Below, piece after piece: positions 13,093-27,200 of a DNA stretch of 64,000 nt (within the stretch, counting starts at the first letter, position 1; the number at the start of each line of letters is the position of its first letter). This stretch comes from Catajapyx aquilonaris. Lineage: Eukaryota. Below the pieces are notes generated by a model. That model was given only the letters and a program-made list of their open reading frames with translations. It did not search any database and was not told the DNA's origin. A program made the translations under genes and the position numbers. The stretch is from NCBI GenBank assembly GCA_000934665.2, contig KZ537999.1, positions 186,001 through 250,000 on the forward strand, written 5' to 3'.

Positions 13093-15737
13093 GCGACACG
13101 CACTCCTCAGGCTTCAATGGCGTCGACAGTCGATCTTGGCGTAAGAAGCATAATTAGCATGAGTTCAAATACGTGCGTGGCAGAAATAGACAACAACTCC
13201 GTCCGAAATTCAGGTTCCATGTGACATATTAGCATTTCCAGTCAAAAAATTATACAAGAAGTGGCCTGTTCTGGGAGTTAAATAACTCGATTTTGCAAGT
13301 ACGTTCTTGTAATGTCGTCACCTTCATTAGTAATAGGTGTTGATTAATTGTTCACAAAAATGCTGGTTTTTGTATTCAATGCAATAAATTCTCCCTGTAC
13401 CAATTTCTCGCCTTTTCTTCTTCTTGGGAACAGTTATTTCCCCCTTATTTCATCTTTTCCTGACCGGACGCGCCAGGGACGAGCATACATCACAGCGAGA
13501 AATTATTTCTGTTTATTTCTTCCCTCCCCAAAACAGCAGTATCTTTCTCCCTGTCATCTCGTTCCCTAGAGGAATGTGTCCCGATAAACACGTCTGTTTA
13601 TTTCCTCGCTTGAATAAGGAAGGAACCAAAACGACAGGAAATGCTATTCCGGTTTATAATTTACAAGGGACGCTTCCCGCACTGAGAGAAAAAGGGTTGT
13701 AGCGATTTTCATCCCCTCGTTTTTTATATACATTCCAGATATGGTTATAGACACTCATAGACGAACGTTAGAGAGAAGAGTTGTGGCGTGGTCGGTGGGA
13801 TTCAAGCCTGAATAGTCTGAATAAATCCACGTCGTTCCTCCTGTCCTCTCTTTCCACCCATTTATTCTGCTGGGGAATGTATAAAAGGGGACATTTTCTT
13901 TGTCAAAACACGAGACGTTTCTGGGAACCCAGACACTGGTTCTATTCATAACGTTAAATATACACGGGTGTCCTGGATCTGGGAACTGAAATATTGTTTT
14001 CTTTTTTCCCCCCGTGTTCTTTTTCGAAACCGCTTACTCTAGCTGCTCTTTTTATAAGCTGCTTTTCATATCGCGTGCTTTTAGGCAATCAGGCTGGTTT
14101 TTGGAGGCTTCGGGTGATCAACGCTGACACAGTTTCAGCTATCGGATGATATTGCTGCTAGCAACACCCTCCGGTACATGCCCAGCATCGTGCACAGGGC
14201 TGCTCGACACGTGTGCGTACCTAGAAAACCAGAGAGCCCGAGGAGGCGGGACAATTAATTCCAGCAAACAAACACCCGTGGCACTCAAGAGGCCATCACT
14301 CCGCTTTAATTAGCCGGCAGTGAAAAGCAAATTGGTGGATCCCAATGTTAAATCTTGGGATTGCACGGCCCGGAGATGACTACGCGGAAGCACTTCTTGT
14401 TACGGAGGGCACAAGACGAATGTGTCCATAAAATGCAAATGGGTCGTTTGACACGTGAAAGGGACTCCAGTCCATTTCCATATCCCCCCCCCCCCTTCCC
14501 TTTTCTATATACACACTGGCGCCACAAAACTTTCCTTATTTCCCAGCCTCCCCCCCCCCCCCCTCCAAGAAAATAACACCCATAAGTGTCCCAAGAATCC
14601 ATTGGAATTGCAAAAAAAACCACTCGCTGAAACAATTCCCAACTCAATTTCGGTAATACCTGCGTTTATCAAAAACGGGCTGTTTTTTCCATCCTCCTTA
14701 TCCATAAAGCGTGTTTTTTCTTTAGGCGCCTCTCAACCAGGTCATCAAGATTGTAGTTGCAAAGACTCTCAATGACGTCACCGGGACTCCTTTTTGTCTC
14801 TCGGGCCAATTTTCCGCACCGGTGGTTTTACGTACCTTCTTTTCTCCGTCACTGGCGAGCATGGCCGAGAATATCCAGGGGGCCTTGGTACTCACCTCGG
14901 AAGAAAAAGAAAGAGAAGGCTGTGAGAGGAGAAAGAAGGGGGTTTTGAGAGAAAGAAAGAAAGAAAAAGCTTGAAGCTTGTGAGGGGAAAAGACGGAAAG
15001 GCTACAAACTGGCTTCCTGCTAACTTTTGCTCCCATGATAAGAATCGGATTCCGACTTTTATTGGTCTGGCGTGTAGAACCTCAAGGAAAAGCCCTTTCC
15101 CAACAAAACTTCTTTGTTTCCTTGGTACTCTTTCGCACGTAAAAGTTTTTTCCCCGCGATTTCTCAGGGACATTCATACTTACAGCAGCAAGAATTAAGC
15201 CGAGAAACTGTCGGAGAATGCTCGCAAAGTCTGCTTGTTACTAATCCGCCATCTTGCTCGATGCGCGCGCATGGTTTTGGCATAAACCTGCGCGCTCACA
15301 ACTTGAAATAAGACGTGTGTACAGCGGACATTAAAATGCATAATTACTGGCCATTTACAGACACTTAAAACATGAAAAATCCTGAATTTAAGTGTCGCAT
15401 TATGAATCGTGATTTTTTTATTTAAAAAATTCGCCTCTTATGCACGTAAAATCCTCCAAAATCCACTACAAATTATCGCACCACACGGTATAAATCCAGT
15501 CTCGAAAAACCGGGTCTTTTTTTCAAAAAAAGAGAAAATACCAGGCGTGGCCAGCCAGAAAAGCCGGATATGTGTTCAGGCAACACCCTTCAAAAGACAG
15601 CGATTATTATTCAGCACGACGGTTTAATGCGGCTTAATCTGAAAGTGAAGCGAGTTAAGCTGCTTCAAGAGCTCTCCACCCCCCTAGAAAAAAAAGAGAG
15701 GAGCTTAAGCCACTACAAGTGGGTCCATGTGCATGTA

Positions 15738-15933
15738 CAGGGTATGTCAGAAATCATCCAGTTGACAGTAGGTATGGGTTGTGTACATACCAATGAAAGT
15801 GGGTTGCCGCGTGTGTCACAAGTTCATCACTGTGTACGTCGTTAATGGTTGACTTTTCGACATTTCTAGCCTCTACATTTTAGACGTGTTTTGGGCCAAT
15901 GTGTCCTCTGCTTGACACTTCTGACACACCCTG
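15738..15933. mobile_element. Tc1/mariner-type MITE
   Basis: TIRs CAGGGTATGTCAGAA / TTCTGACACACCCTG (1 mismatch in 15), flanked by TA on both sides, non-coding. Confidence 0.7.
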
Positions 15934-18900
15934 TACACCATCACCATGCGAGATGGCTTGGAACCTTCCTCTCCATCCCCCCTGAAGGCTGATGCATCAT
16001 GCATGCATATGCGAGTGTGGGGAACGTCAGCTGTTGTTTTCACTCAAAAGACGGAGAAAAGAGATCAACCCCACCCCTGTGTATCAGTCCCCCCCCCCCC
16101 TCCTCTTTGTTCGTCCCTCGGGCGACATATCCAGCCGGTGTGCCAAATTCCTTCGCTAATTGTGTTTCCCTGCTGCCGCCACGAGGTACAGTCACTTCGT
16201 TACAAATTCATGCCGGTATCACATGGACCGTGGCCGTCCAAACAGGGAGATGAACTAAGAGCAACACGGTAATAACCGGGGCCAGATTTAAAATTCGAAA
16301 GTGGACCCCCCTCCTGGATCTAACGCTCCTTTGTTGAGGATTAAGAAGGGGGATGGGTAACACATGTCTGCTTAGACACAGTCACACGCTTCTGCTATTT
16401 AACCTCCGAGTCGGAGAGAGACAGCCCGCGAATAGAACCCGGACCCGGAACACTTAATTTCCCTTATAAATTCGGTAACACAACAAGCCTCGCTGATTCC
16501 TTATCTCCTTGGCGCACTAGGGCATCAAACGTGCCTCAGGGGCCGCCTCCTAAGCCAAGCCCCTCCAATTGTCTCATAACCCGCGAAAAAAGAAAACTCG
16601 CTCTTCGGATTAAATCTCAGTGCAAAACGTGCAAAATGGACCCAAAAAAAGTTTGCTACTGTACTGAACTTATGATCTTCATGATTTCGGCTGCAACTTC
16701 TCAGGAGAGTATAAAACAGAGAATGTATGTTCACGTTTCTACGTGACTAAAGGACGAATCTACTTGTTGCTGAAGTTGGCAACGGCTCTCTCCTTCATTT
16801 CCCCAGCACATGTACCAACTGCACAACTCGAGACGGGAGTGATTTTGAAAATGGGGGGCGCCATGAAAGGAAGGGGGGAGCTTTTGACCAGCATCTACAG
16901 TATATACCTAACCTATACTGTATGCACTGCACTCAAAAGCAAGGGTAACGGACACCGGGGCCTCTGTGCTTACACTGGAAGCCACTGAATAGTTAATTTC
17001 ACGTGGCGCATGTACGTCTTGCAGTTACAGCACTGTACACAGCCAGAGAAAGCGGACTAAGTGAGGTCCAGGGCACAGAGCTAATATTTTCGCAAAAGCC
17101 GTCTACAAAAGCGTACTGTAAAATTAGCCCTGAAGTATAAATTGAGGTGCTGCCAGTAATCAAATATGGACGGTGCACGTACACGGAGCCTGTTTATGCC
17201 CCCTCACCTGTGCATCTACAACCAATCCAAACGAACACCCCCCCCCCCCACGTTTATTTTTGTCCGAAAAGTCGTAACTGGCTGCGAATTACCGGTGGGG
17301 TCCACGTGCCCTGGCGCAAGTTTAATTAAATCCCTCCTCCTACGGTTCCTAAACTGCAGGAGCTCAATCAATCCTTGTCCATGGCCATTACGTCTCGCAT
17401 AACTCTGCCGGAATTAAGGGAAAACTCGATAATGACAGCAGGGTTTTGATGCTGCGCCCTCGCGACGCGATCGCGGCACGAACCACACTGAATTCGCACA
17501 CTTTTTATCCTTTTTTTCCTCCACGCCCACTATACAGTGCACAAAACTTGTTCAGATTCTTCGCCAATATTTGCAATGTTGAAGCCGCGGCCAGTGCGGA
17601 CCGCTTTCTCATCCGTAACTTTTCCTAGGGGGCGTAAATGCAGCATGAGCGAGCACCAACCCCCCTCTTGGACAAATGGTCACGCGAATGCGAACCGAAA
17701 TTGCGATTTCATAGCGCATTTTCGCCCGTTGGAAAAGGGAGAGAGGGGCAAGTTCTCCCAATGCCAGTCACTTCTCGGTGCCATTCTATTCAATCAGATC
17801 TTTCCCCTAGCTACACCCCTCTCTCTAGTTTTTTTTTGTCAAGCATAAAGGAGAAGTGGCGTAAGGATGTAGGGTGGGGCCTTCTCACATTGCTGCGCTC
17901 GCACAAACAAGAACAATCAATCATGACTTTTTTTTCTTCTTCTTCTCTAGCCCAGCCCTCCCTTCCACCCCATCTTCCTGTCCGGATCGAAGAGGATGCT
18001 GGCGGCTTGGAAGCATTTTGACAGCACCTCCCCCTCAGATAAGAGCCTTGCAAGACTGAGGGAAAACCCAACTAGCCCCACTCTTTCGCTGCTCTAAGCA
18101 AAATTCTTGCGATTCTCTTTTTGGCTCGCAGCAGCAAACCCACGCTCTTCTCTTTCCGGAGAGATATGCACAATCGCAAACTTTCCAACTTGTCAGGAGC
18201 AGTGTCAGAATCTGCACACTTTCTTTCCAGGCTTATCCCATCAACCGACATCATTATTGCACTGAATTGTTGACTGCGGTGACATGGCCTGAAGTTGTTG
18301 TTTACCTGTTTTCTGGGCTTCACTCAAAAGGCATATTGGCCAAATTACTTTTCCCAACTACCAGTTTGGCACAAAGCCAGCGCAACTATCAAGAATATAC
18401 TGTCTTTTTGGTCATCCCCCTTTCTCTCTCGCCAAATCCCACTCTCGCGCTTCAATTTGCGAATTCCCAGCGACGTTTTTCGGACCATCAGCACCGCAAT
18501 CGCCGCACGCTCCAACACCAACTGACAACTTCCTGCAACGCGAACATTTCCCAACACTTTTTTTCGCACACTTTTTTTTAAACCTCCCCCTTCCGCCATC
18601 GAATCGTATACTGTCCCATCACCCTCCTTTAGGACCGTGGGATTAGTTGCGGAATTGGGCGAGCTTTGGTCAGCAAAGAGAAATCTGCACGTGCGGTCGC
18701 ATTGCGGCCTGCGAAATATGTGCGTGCTCTTCCTGAACGCTCGGGCTCGTTTTGCATGCGTGCTGGATCCAAAGGGACTTGGGCGTCAAATTCGCCTGAT
18801 AGACGGATACAACCCCTCTTCTCTTCCACCAAATTTATACCTAGGGCTATGGGGGGAATTCCAAGCATCCGGACACGTGTGTGTGCATCAACGCCTCTTA

Positions 18901-21900
18901 CAAGGGGAGACGATTCTGCAAATAGGATCACTTCAAATAGGGCAGGAGGGGGAGCTCAAAAATACATTATTGTATTTTTTTTATATATGTCTATCCAAAA
19001 GGATTGTTCGAGCCTGCTGACGGGAGTGGACAGAAAAGAATCAGAAGTGCTTTTTGCCTGAGAGCAATATTTCAATTTTTTTTTCCCTCCCCAATTTTTT
19101 CACCGTGAAGTGGAAGAGGTAGGGAGGGAACGACGCATTTATCAAAAGTGGCGTACAGTCGCAATGCGTTTATCAATCACAAGTGGCGTCCATGTGGAAA
19201 GTTGGGGGAGTTTGCACAGCTCGAGTTCGCAGTTTGACCTCACTGCACGACAAAGATCGAGGACGACCATATTTTTTAACATCCAGAATAAATTGACATG
19301 CAATCCAGTTAATAACCTACTTACCAACTTCACATGATGCAGTGTCTACAGTGAGAAGTAAGCGCCAAAAGTAGCCCCTGTATATTAGGCAACACGCATC
19401 ACAGAAAAGGCGCTTGGGTTGCCCTGAAACGCAAGGATAACTTATTAAAACATCTGCAGTAATTCACAAGGCAAAATGAAACATTACAGTAATACAGGCA
19501 ATGGGGAAACTGCACGGCAATAAGCGAGATATTCCGGCCCATTACCGCACCGGTATTTTCGCACTAATAATGATATTCCGGCTCGGAGCATTATTAATAA
19601 TGTAGCACATCTAAAATTCCAGCCGCATTAATTTACTGCGTTTGATGTGACGTCTCACAAAGGCGACGCACCTGCCCGCATAATAAACTATTCATATAAA
19701 AAAAGATGCGATTCCCATGCCATCGGTTTAATCCGAATGCTGCAACGGCAGTTTGACGCAACCGACAAAAATTGTGTTTTCAACTATTCTATGCATCAGG
19801 CATTTCGCTATAATATTATGTTGGATAGTCACATCATAACAATCATCCTAACACAAATTTATTCTCTTCGCATTGAGGCATATTATATTGCGAACAATTC
19901 CTTACAGTAATGAGGCTTCTGGCGATTTAACGTATAGACCTGTTCATTGCATATTTAAGAAACGATTTCGCTACTGACATATGTCACATTACAATGATTC
20001 TAGAACCAAATGACATACCTCCCTCATCAGTTTGGGCCAGAAGTGACCTTAATTGTTGGAGCCAAGAAGCTGTCTAATTAATGCCTCTCTTTTTTCCCCC
20101 CGCTAAAGAGCTGAAATATTAATCAATGAAGACAGATTGAAGTGAGGGTAGAGTTTTCAGGGAGTAAAAAAGAGTGGGGACGATAAGCCGCACAAGAGCC
20201 GCGTTTTAATTTCCCCGCCTCTCTAGAACCGGATCCCCTGCATAATTCCTGGCGTGGCCTCGAAAAGAAGAAGAGAGAAAAAAAAAGACAACTCAATCCT
20301 CGGTGCACTATCAATCACTCGGGTAGAAGCTCGCAATGAGAAACGGGGGAGAAATGAATTTCCCCGGCGAGACGACATAGTAATGAGCCGAAAGGCGAGC
20401 TGCGGACACAAATTGATGCCCGTACCCGCTGTCTCTACATGCTCAGTCGACTCGGCCTCGGCTCCTCATTAATATAACCACCTCCAGAAATTAACGAAAA
20501 GGATTCCCCTTTCCACCCCCACCAGTAAGTGCATGACTTTTAGAGGAATAGTAAAAAGAGGACACGCTATGTGTCATGCACATATATAGGAAAGACGTGC
20601 ATTATAAATCCCATCCTGACAACCGTTTCATTTTTGGAACGAGACCACATACCCGAATGTTTTTTTATTCTCGAAGTTTTTTTTTTTTTGTGTGCAGCTG
20701 GTCACAGGGGAGTATATCGACAGAAGGAGGAATCGATAACTCTTATATCTCCATTAGGCGTTCCGTGTTCGCGGAAGGATGAGAACTAGCGCGATAGAGC
20801 ACCGCGATTTATGGCTTCCATCCTGCAAGTCACAAGCTAACATGACCCCAAGGAGCCTCGCAAAAAATTGAAGAATTTACGTACCAAAGGGGGTTGACCT
20901 CCACAGGCTCCACTAACCACTAACTATGGAAAAATCGCGAATTCTGTTTAGTAGTGTACACAATGTTAAATTATTTCTTGTACGTTTACAAAGAAAGGTG
21001 TGGCCAACTGAAGACAATGCTGGGTGCGCCACTGCAACTGCCTGGAAATGAAATCACTCTCTGATGACAGCGTGTGCGCCCCCAAGTGCTTCAGAGCCAA
21101 AGAGAAGGAGACCCCCACCAGAAACTTGTTCATGAAACTTTCAAACTCTTTCCAGCAGCAGACTCAGACGACTGTGAGGTAGAGAGAGAAGCAAGGAAGG
21201 AAGGAAGAGAGTACATTTGCGAATCTTAATGTCTAGGGGAACAGAGCTCCCAACACACGACGGGAGAATTCTGATCGGAATTCTCCCTCCCTCATCCCCC
21301 CCTCCCAAAAAAAAAGTTGGGGAGGGAGGCACCTCCCTATAGGACCCCAGCAGGTCACCATCAAGGGATGGGAATGGTCCACTCGTCCCGGCGTGGGCTT
21401 CATCCAAATCTCGGATTTACGAGCCTTGCAACCCCTGGAGACACCAAGCCTCCTCCACCTCCCCCACCACCCCCCATCTCCCAGCATCCCGGACTCCCTC
21501 TGATAAGGATTGCGCCAAAGCTTGTACAGACTCTCGAAAGGACACAAGCTGATATACTCTCGGAATACTTATGCGGTCTAAAGTTTCAACATGGCAAAAG
21601 AATCTGGACCCACGTAATTGGGGAGTCTGTACAAGGTGATCGTAAAAGCGGCACTTTCGAGCGGTGATTTCACTTTGAATTTGCATAACTTTTGAATGAT
21701 TGTGATAGGTAGTATACCTGCACCAGAAAAGAAGGTAAGTAACAGGTCACAGCTTCCATGAAAAGGCCAACAACAGTCTACTTTGGAAATAAAATTTAAA
21801 TTAATTACACATATGTGAACATAATTAAAGGCTCCATGTTAATAAACAAAAATTATCAGATTTCACTTTTTGTCGGTCACATTGCAGCTATATTAGCAAA

Positions 21901-23630
21901 TCAGGTTTTACATGTCTGTGGTGCATTCGATCGAATCATAATAATTGAAAATGTTCGTAATTATTTAATTGGGAGGTTTTCTGCGCTAAGTGTGTCACCC
22001 CCCCCCTCGGAATTATTATAATGGGCGGACGCAACCAGCGCAACACAGCATAAAATCGCTAAAACTTTAAATGCGATCCATGTCATTTTCAGTGTTGGAT
22101 ATATAGGGACTGCCTCCAGGCAACAAAATAAAATATAAATTACCAGGCACGCAACTCAACATGTTTCATTGGACATGTCCAAACAGTTACATTCATACAA
22201 CTAAAGGAGTTGGAAAAATCTGAATTTCAGTTTTTACCTGACAGTTTGACAAAAAAAGCTATATAAAAATTATTACAGTCATATTCTACTGATTATATTG
22301 TTGGCACATAGCGCTCTTTCTGATTTCTCCTGTGAAATGAATGCAAAGTTTGAAATCTGACCAAGAAACACTCTCATACAAACCGGAAAAAAGTGTATCA
22401 TTATACATCCAACGCACAAAATGCAATCGCTTCATTTAGCACACGTTCGCCCTGTATATTTCAGTACTGATAAGAGCCCTAATGATATGCAACGCGGCTT
22501 TTGGTTTTGGTTGGAGAGAGGGGGGTTTGAAAGACCCAGCTTTACTAACCATGGAAAAAAAAGAGCAGCCCACGATCTTACAACGGCGCTAAATCATCAT
22601 CCAGGTAAATGGAGGACGTAACGAAGCAGTCCGTATAATCCGAACCGAGTCACGAATGGCGGGTTATTAGGTCCGTATTGTGGACTGCGCTTCACTATTA
22701 GAATAACAAACCACATTTCAGCAGTAAACTCTCACCCTGGATAATCCCCTTCTGAGGCTTGGATGGGGGAGGGCGTTGGGGAGGTAGGGTGGGCGGGTTG
22801 TCCCCCAAATGACGGTATTAGGGGGCAGAGCAAGGCTTTTGATTTTGCATAACGGCATAATTGCTGTGTTGAATTCATCTGGGGACATGCCTGCAGGGCT
22901 CTAACTGCACACGCGCAAGGGACTTAGTTTGCGCGCTTTTCACATGCAAAGCGAACTGCAATAACCCAGCACCGCTCTCTGTACAAGGTGTGTCAAAACG
23001 GATTCATGGAGTCATCCGCCATAATGAAACACCCTGTGCTTCAGCACCTAGTTTGACATTTTCCAGTCCCCTTGTTTCTATAAAGTCCCTATCTCGTCTC
23101 GCCAGCCGTGTTATTCCTGAGACTTATCCCTTCCCCACCAACCACCACCCAAGAGATGCTGAACTCAAGACATCTGTTGGAATTAAGCCGCGATGTTATG
23201 CTCTCTTTGCAGTCGCCTGCACTTTGGCTAAGTATGCATGACAACGGATTACCATACTGGCGAAGTGTAATAATTAAATTGCTCAGAGACTTTCCGGGAC
23301 TAGAGCTGAGCGCAACTTGGGTATGTATATGCAGTAATAATTTTTGACAACATGTGTCGGAACGTTCCGGATATGCCCAATCTGTTCCAGTTTGGCTTTA
23401 TTTTTTTCCCGGCAGAACAGTTTAGCAGTCGGGTGGTTTCCAGGCACGTCCCTTGACGCACCTAACTCGCTCCAACGCACTCGAATTCTTTTCACACCGG
23501 GCATTACCACGCCATGCAGCACAGATCCGAATGAATCGCCTGCACTTACGCGACGCTCATATAAATCAGGTGGATTGATTTATTCCGCACTTGCAAACGC
23601 GGCCACACTCAATCCGAGAAGCACAAATTC

Positions 23631-23634
<4 letters not shown>

Positions 23635-23684
<50 letters not shown>
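23635..23684. repeat. (GA)25 microsatellite
   Basis: Perfect GA dinucleotide run read directly from the sequence. Confidence 0.98.
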
Positions 23685-23689
<5 letters not shown>

Positions 23690-24154
23690 GATGCTGCCTG
23701 GGAACTACGGCACATAAAACTGAGTAAAACAAGCAGAACAAAGTGGAGACATTGTGCAACTTGGGAAAAGGAGAGAGAGAAAAAAGAATGTGATTTATGC
23801 CCCCCTACGTAGGTGGAAAACTGGGCTTGAACCTTTCAAGGGGGGCAGGAAATAAAATACGGGGGCACTCTGGCCCGGAAAAGTGGCCCCCAGGAGATGC
23901 CTGCCGGTCCCTCAGGTCAAAGGCGGTGGATACTGGAGACACACACACTGGAAAAAAATGTGAATGTGCATGTAATGAGAACCTGGAGGGAAAAAAAGGA
24001 ATTGTCCTGGATTCGAGCCAGAAAGAGAGAAAAAAAAAACAGGGTTAAAAGGTGGAAATAAAAGTGGAAAAATCCTTATGTAAATTACTGTAGTGATTTT
24101 GACTAAATGCTACACAGACTACAATTCTTATCCTATACAGAGATGTGAAGGCTA

Positions 24155-24222
24155 CTCTCTAAAAAAAGTAGAGTTAAAAAAAACTCAATAAGAGTTAATT
24201 TAACTCTTATTTTTTTAGAGAG
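24155..24222. mobile_element. 68-bp fold-back mini-MITE with TA target duplication
   Basis: Termini CTCTCTAAAAAAA ... TTTTTTTAGAGAG, internal GAGTTA/TAACTC repeats and TA on both sides. The adjacent tandem copy of the host sequence (~24293-24341) lacks the insert. Confidence 0.65.
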
Positions 24223-27200
24223 TAGGTTAAGTTACGTTAGAACAAAACAGATGTAAAGCATGATCTTGATCAAATTCTCACCATGCAAAAATATCCTATA
24301 TAGAGAGATGTGAATGTTAGGTTAGGTTATGAGGACAAAACTTTCACACTGGTATAGACTAAATGAGCTTGTTCGACATGTGATGTTACATGCCTTCTTC
24401 TCAGTCCCTAGTCCCTATTTTTTAGTCCAAATCTAGCAAATCCAATTCCCCATGTCCCAAACGGCTGAGTGGCATTCCTCTCCATCTCCACCCCTCCAAC
24501 TTTGGCCAGGAAGGTCAATCCTCGTAAACTCCATTCTCCCCTGACCACATCTAGTTGGTGGCAGCCACGTGCGAGTTGCGCCCAAAATTATTTAGTGGCT
24601 CAAGCACTTGGAAGGTTTGCGAGGGGGGATGGAAGAGAAGCAAAAGGTGGGGATGTGAGAGTGTAGGTGGGTCCAGATTGCGAGGGCACCACCGCCCTGC
24701 CTCATAAAACCACTTCTTGATGGACTGTCTCCCCCCTCTACCAGCCTCTGGACCCAATTGGACGTCCCCTCTTTTCTAACTGGTCCCATGAGGCACATCC
24801 AAAACCGACCGCCCCCTCCTCTCCGTCCCGTGTGAAGCACATCTTGTGTCTCAATTGGTGCGACATGTGACTCCGACCGTGTAGCTGTGCATGGCAGGTC
24901 CTTGCCACACCATGCATTCGTAATGGCGGCCAAAAGGACCTCATGCAAAATTAGGGAGCGCCGCAAAGACAGCTGTTATACCATGTAGCTCTTAGCCGGT
25001 CTGGCACTTGGAGCAATGTATTTAACATACATGGGGGAGATCACACGCTCGCTAGAATAATATTACGTCTAAGTAAACACTTCAATGTTATGTCTAACTG
25101 TAAGTAAACATTTCAGTGCGACACTCACATCCAGATATTTTTTTTAACTAATATGGGTAGTTTAATGAAATAATATTTCGAAAATGTCACATCTGTAGTT
25201 TCGACACTCGAATGTGTACCGTCCTGCTTTAATATTCACAAACTTATATTTTTTTCAGTCGTCTTTCCCCAACTTTATTTCAGCTTCCCCCATCGGAGGG
25301 ATAAAACCAAGGGGAATGGGAAATGGCGAGAAAGGAAGAGACCTCCGCCCACTCCCACCCCTCTATCCAGGAAGAAGGGAGACAGGAAAAAAATAAAGAA
25401 GAAGACGAAAAAAAAACCTTGGCTCGTTCGTCTTTCCAGCCGGGGAAAGAATGGAAAAACCGGGGAGTTGCCAGATGGCTTAAACGTCGCGACGCCGAGC
25501 GTCTACAATCAATTTCAAATGAAAATGCGGCTGTTTGAACGTCTCACTTAAACTCGCCCGTGCATGAAATTGAATTAGTTTTGTTGCAAAGGAAGGGATA
25601 AATCCTGTTGGTGACGTGGCCGGCTACTAGCTCAAACCACGCCAAAAAAAAGAGTATACCAGATATCATCTTCAGGCACTATTCCCGTGAGATTCACAAA
25701 AGAACTAAAGGGGGGTGGTGGAGGATTGAATGCTCAATGGGCCTGGCTCTGCTTCCAAGAAAGAAAGAAAAAAAACCGTCAAAAAGAAGAAGTAGAAGAA
25801 AAAAAAAGTTTTTCTCCAGCTCCCCCCCCCCCCAAAAAAAAACCGCCTTCCGGCATATTCACCGAGTAATGGAATCCGACAAAATCTCTCAAAGTGAACT
25901 GCACAGAAAGGCTACAAAGGCATTAACTAAGTGAATAGGGTGTCCATCAAATTACGCGTGTAGTTTCAGATTGCTTTCGATTTTTTTGTTGGAAGGAGGG
26001 CTCTAGGGTAGGTCAGGAATAATCCTTCGTCAACTGTAAACACCACGAAAATGGAAGCAGACTTTCAAATTATAACATCACCTGTAATATTTCTCCAGCA
26101 CAAAATGCCAGCTTTCTTTCATAATTTATTTTCCCAGAAGGCTGTTGAAAAAAAGTATTACAGTGTGTACAGTACGAACTGATTATATCTAGCTCTGTGA
26201 AGTCTGACTTTTATTGTTGTTGATTGACAATAACAAAATAGCGGTCTACAACAATAAACTGAATTAATGTCTAGAAAGAATCGATTATTTTTCAAATCTA
26301 ACTTTAGTTGACCCCGGTACACATTTTTGTCGACTGGCGCTCATTTAATCGTAAATCAAATGACTATGACTTTTTACAAACTTTTTATGTACCTAATTTT
26401 ACCAAAATGTAATTCCGTGTAGTAACACTAATTCCAACTATTTTTAAAAGCTAGGCTCCGACTTTTTCGAGCACCCTGTCCGAGAAAGCAACTCCTGCAA
26501 AGCTCAGAGAGTCTAGGCATGACACTGAGCAGTACAGAGTTAATACCCTGGCTCCAGGCCATTGGAAGGATTTCAAGGAGCACATAAGTCGTGATTCTGA
26601 ACCCAGGCCGCGGCCCAAAAGACAAAATAAAGTTGGCAACAGCGGCTTGTCCAGCCTCCAAGAAGCCCAAGAAACTTTTTTTTTTTGAGAACGACTAAAA
26701 GATCTGAGGATCTTTGGGAAAGAGCACGTGACGTGATCGGTCAGGTTGAGCGTCCTAAAAAAAAGTTTTTATCCCGCAGCAAAAACCTTCTTGTCCGTTC
26801 CAAAAGAAGGAAGAACTCGTACATCGCATCTGAACTTCTAATGAGTCCTTTGGTTCGTATTTCTTGTGAGAGTCGTCGGGATGATTTCTTCTGTAACTGC
26901 AAATAATTCCAATGCGGCTTCGGAGTCCTTCATATATGTGACGCTCCGTCAATCACACATCCAGGCTTAGGTTGGCACTCTGCTGTGTGTCCATCGAATC
27001 AGATCTGACCGTCAATTTCGTCGCAAGGCACAGGCCAAGAGGGCTCGTTGCAAATGGTGCAGCGGCAGCAGAAGCTAACAAGCCCGCAGCCCATCTAATC
27101 CTCTTCCGACTCCATTTCCGCCAAATCCATTCTATACACAGCAGCTGCACCTGTAGAGGTGCGGTTTCCAAGGGAACCCGACAAGTCAGCACGCTTCTCT

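Noticed and set aside
14890..14925. Strong minus-strand donor GAG|GTGAGT next to a pyrimidine tract (possible 24-nt micro-exon)
   Set aside because: The putative exon is itself pure pyrimidine tract, and no partner exons were found.
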